NCBI GenBank assembly: GCA_043765595.1
Contig: JAYUIZ010000118.1
Span: forward strand, 1 to 40,339
Length of the DNA: 40,339 bases
Direction of reading: 5' to 3'
From: Lysobacter sp.
Lineage (GTDB): Bacteria; Pseudomonadota; Gammaproteobacteria; Xanthomonadales; Xanthomonadaceae
The translations under genes and the position numbers were made by a program. Each line of letters opens with the position of its first letter. Positions within the stretch are counted from its first letter, which is position 1. The notes beneath the pieces were generated by a model. It had not been told where the DNA came from and ran no database searches. It saw only the letters and a list, made by a program, of their open reading frames with translations. Positions 38,188 to 40,339 of the stretch are shown in pieces.

Positions 38188-39259
38188 CCTGATTAGTGTC
38201 GAACCTCAGTCCAAAGTCGCGTGATTTGAGACGTTGAAGGCGCAGATTGGCTCCGGTTTCCACCGGAGGCATCCCGCCATGGCCATGAACCCCATCCAGT
38301 TCCAACCCGGTCTGTCGATGACCGAGTTCATCCGCCTCTACGGCACCGAGGCCAAGTGCCGCCGGGCCTTGTATCGGACACGTTGGCCGAACGGGTTTCG
38401 CTGCCCCGCGTGCGATGATCGACGCCGATCGAGCTTCCGACGAGGCCGGCAAATCCTCTATCAGTGCCGGGCCTGTCAGCATCAGACCACCCTGATCAGC
38501 GGCACCTTGTTTGAATCGACCAAGCTGCCGCTGACCTCTTGGTTCCTGGCGACTCATCTGCTCACCGCGACCAAGACCAACTTGGCCGCACTGGAGCTCG
38601 CCCGTCATCTGGGTGTGTGTTACCGCACCGCTTGGCGGCTCAAGCACACAGTCATGCAAGCGATGACTGAGCGGGAAAACAGCCGAAAACTCAAAGGTTT
38701 CGTACAACTCGACGACGCCTACCTCGGCGGTGAACGTAACGGCGGCAAACCCGGACGTGGCTCCGAGAACAAGCAAGCGTTCCTGATTGCCGTGGAAACC
38801 GATCAGGATCATGCCCACCCGAGGTTCGCCGTGATCGAGCCGATCAAGTCCTTCGACAACGCTTCGCTGAAGGACTGGATTGCGCGACGACTGGCGCCGC
38901 AGGCGGAGGTCTACACCGATGGTCTGGCCTGCTTTCGCCGACTTGAGGACGCCGGACACGCGCATACGACGCTGGACACCGGCGGCGGCCGCGCGGCCTG
39001 CACAGAACCGGCGGCGCGCTGGGTGAACGTGGTGCTGGGCAACCTCAAGCGTGCCATCAGCGGCACTGACCACGCGATCAAACAAGCCAAATACGCCCGC
39101 CGCTATCTGGCCGAAGCGGCCTATCGTTTCAACCGCCGCTTTCGCCTGCGCGAGTTCGTGCCGCGACTTGCGCGTGCGATGACGCTCTGCGGGCCCCGCC
39201 CGGAGCGGATTCTGCGAATGGCATGCAATTTTGATCACTGAGGTTCGACGCTAATCAGG
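38188..39259 (+). mobile_element. Complete IS1595-family insertion sequence (1072 bp)
   Basis: 23-bp IRs CCTGATTAG(T/C)GTCGAACCTCAGT; 8-bp TSD TAACATGA at 38180-38187 and 39260-39267. Confidence 0.95.
38279..39241 (+). CDS. IS1595-family transposase
   Basis: Zn ribbon CPAC...CRAC, VQLDDAYLGG, YTDG, YLAE..YRFNRR; GGAGG RBS. Confidence 0.93.
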   Translation: MAMNPIQFQPGLSMTEFIRLYGTEAKCRRALYRTRWPNGFRCPACDDRRRSSFRRGRQILYQCRACQHQTTLISGTLFESTKLPLTSWFLATHLLTATKTNLAALELARHLGVCYRTAWRLKHTVMQAMTERENSRKLKGFVQLDDAYLGGERNGGKPGRGSENKQAFLIAVETDQDHAHPRFAVIEPIKSFDNASLKDWIARRLAPQAEVYTDGLACFRRLEDAGHAHTTLDTGGGRAACTEPAARWVNVVLGNLKRAISGTDHAIKQAKYARRYLAEAAYRFNRRFRLREFVPRLARAMTLCGPRPERILRMACNFDH

Positions 39260-39754
39260 TAACATGATCAATTCGGTCAATATTATGCGAATTGGAATTT
39301 CGGCATACCGCCATGAGACGAGCCCCGCTACCGATCACGGATTCGTTGTCGCTATTATTTCTGGGTAACTGCCATATATACCAATCCTGCGAAACGCTTG
39401 GATTGCTGAGGATCGCATATCTTCCATTTTCTGAAATCTCAAGGCTAGGCACGCCTTCTACAAGAACTTGCCGATAAAAAGAATCTTCCGGGATTTTATC
39501 CCAAAGCCAATCAGTCTTACTCAAAGGCTCAATCACTCCTCCTGTGACCACTTTCGGAATTTTGCACTGATTCATGTGAGGCAAGCATCCGTGAAATGCA
39601 AACGCTCTGCCGCCAGCGACATGATTTTTTTCCCACAGCCCCCAGTCGTTCGATATCGCATGTTCTCTTGGAACGCAATAACCATTGACATCGCTTACGT
39701 CCGAACATAACTGCCCGCAACCTGTTATTGCCAAGACGATGGATAGTGAACCGA

Positions 39755-39993
39755 TTAGAATTCGCATGAGGGGAATGCGCACCAAGTGAATGATTGATTG
39801 ACTATCCATCTTCCTAACGTCCATGTCCCCAGGAAATCGCCGCCAAAAATATCTGCAGAAGCTCCATTGTTTGAAAATGCTGAATAATGAAATTCAGCAA
39901 TAGCTTGCGCGTTCAAAACTATAGGATTGCTAGGAGAGGCATTTCTAGCATCTAGCGCTGCAACATGCCCTCGAACCAAAGCTTCCCCGCACA
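39755..39993 (-). pseudogene. Probable C-terminal remnant of a polymorphic (Rhs-like) toxin gene
   Basis: Low-GC frame ending ...IFGGDFLG...WCAFPSCEF*, overlapping the lipoprotein start; no credible start of its own. Confidence 0.4.
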
Positions 39994-40284
39994 ATGGCTA
40001 TCACCGACAAGGCCTACTACCAAGCACTCGGTCGCCGCATCGCCGAACGCCGCAAAGTATTGGGCATCACTCAAGTGCAACTGGCCGAAGCTATCGGCGT
40101 CGCACAGCAAACAATGGCGCATTACGAGGGCGGCACCCTCCGCGTCGCCGTGGCGCTGCTCCCTCCGCTAACGCGCACGCTCGATATGACGCTCGAAGAG
40201 GTCGTCGGCGAAAAGCGCAAGTCAACCAAGAGCGGCAAGCGCGGGCCTGCGCCAAAGATCCAGCAACATCTCGAACAGATCTAA
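39994..40284 (+). pseudogene. XRE-family HTH regulator, probably C-terminally truncated
   Basis: LGRRIAERRK..GITQVQLAE..GVAQQTMAHYEGG HTH and KRGPAPK; ends abruptly at the TAA preceding an IS-like end. Confidence 0.7.
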
Positions 40285-40339
40285 GAGCCTGTTCAAAATC
40301 TTTAAGGGCCCTATAATGGTTGGATGAGAAATCGATCTT
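40285..40339 (+). mobile_element. Left end of a putative IS5-family element (runs off the window)
   Basis: TAA followed by GAGCCTGTTCAAAAT, a TATAAT box, and ATG at 40324 (MRNRS...). Confidence 0.5.

Larger units (their letters stand above)
38025..39767 (-). pseudogene. Lipoprotein gene (putative immunity protein) interrupted by IS1595
   Basis: MRILIGSLSIVLAITGC lipobox; removing the IS and one TSD restores a 220-aa frame ...IDHV|ISCKRFVQ...VESWRCQNPSAER*. Confidence 0.75.

Overview
GC-rich chromosomal segment whose gene content and REP-type repeats suggest a Xanthomonadaceae/Lysobacteraceae bacterium (inference). The core backbone comprises: a split class II ribonucleotide reductase (nrdJa carrying a LAGLIDADG intein at the catalytic Cys, a histone H1-like gene, nrdJb) under NrdR boxes; a DegQ-like protease, AI-2E transporter, HAD hydrolase, M17 peptidase, TesA and fasciclin; an Atm1-like ABC transporter, msrB, an S9 peptidase and trpS; dacC-rlpA-mltB; and a CPA2 antiporter, methyltransferase, SLT transglycosylase and GFA protein. 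Two accessory blocks stand out. The first (about 12.4-17.1 kb) holds an XVIPCD-tagged lipase effector with an ankyrin lipoprotein immunity gene. Just upstream is a compact operon of a membrane-anchored CxxC redoxin plus two small secreted 6-Cys peptides with a defensin-like CxxxC...CxC frame and a shared conserved signal peptide; this is the best candidate for an undescribed system. The second (about 37.9-40.3 kb) is a low-GC decayed toxin/immunity-like islet hit by a complete IS1595-family element and the end of an IS5-like element. Smaller signals are an A9G slippery run in nrdJb, AT-rich recoded 3' ends of nrdJb and trpS, stop-codon-anchored tandem repeats at four gene ends, and several REP/MITE-like elements. 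No rRNA, tRNA or CRISPR array was seen. All family calls come from motif recognition by eye, not database searches.
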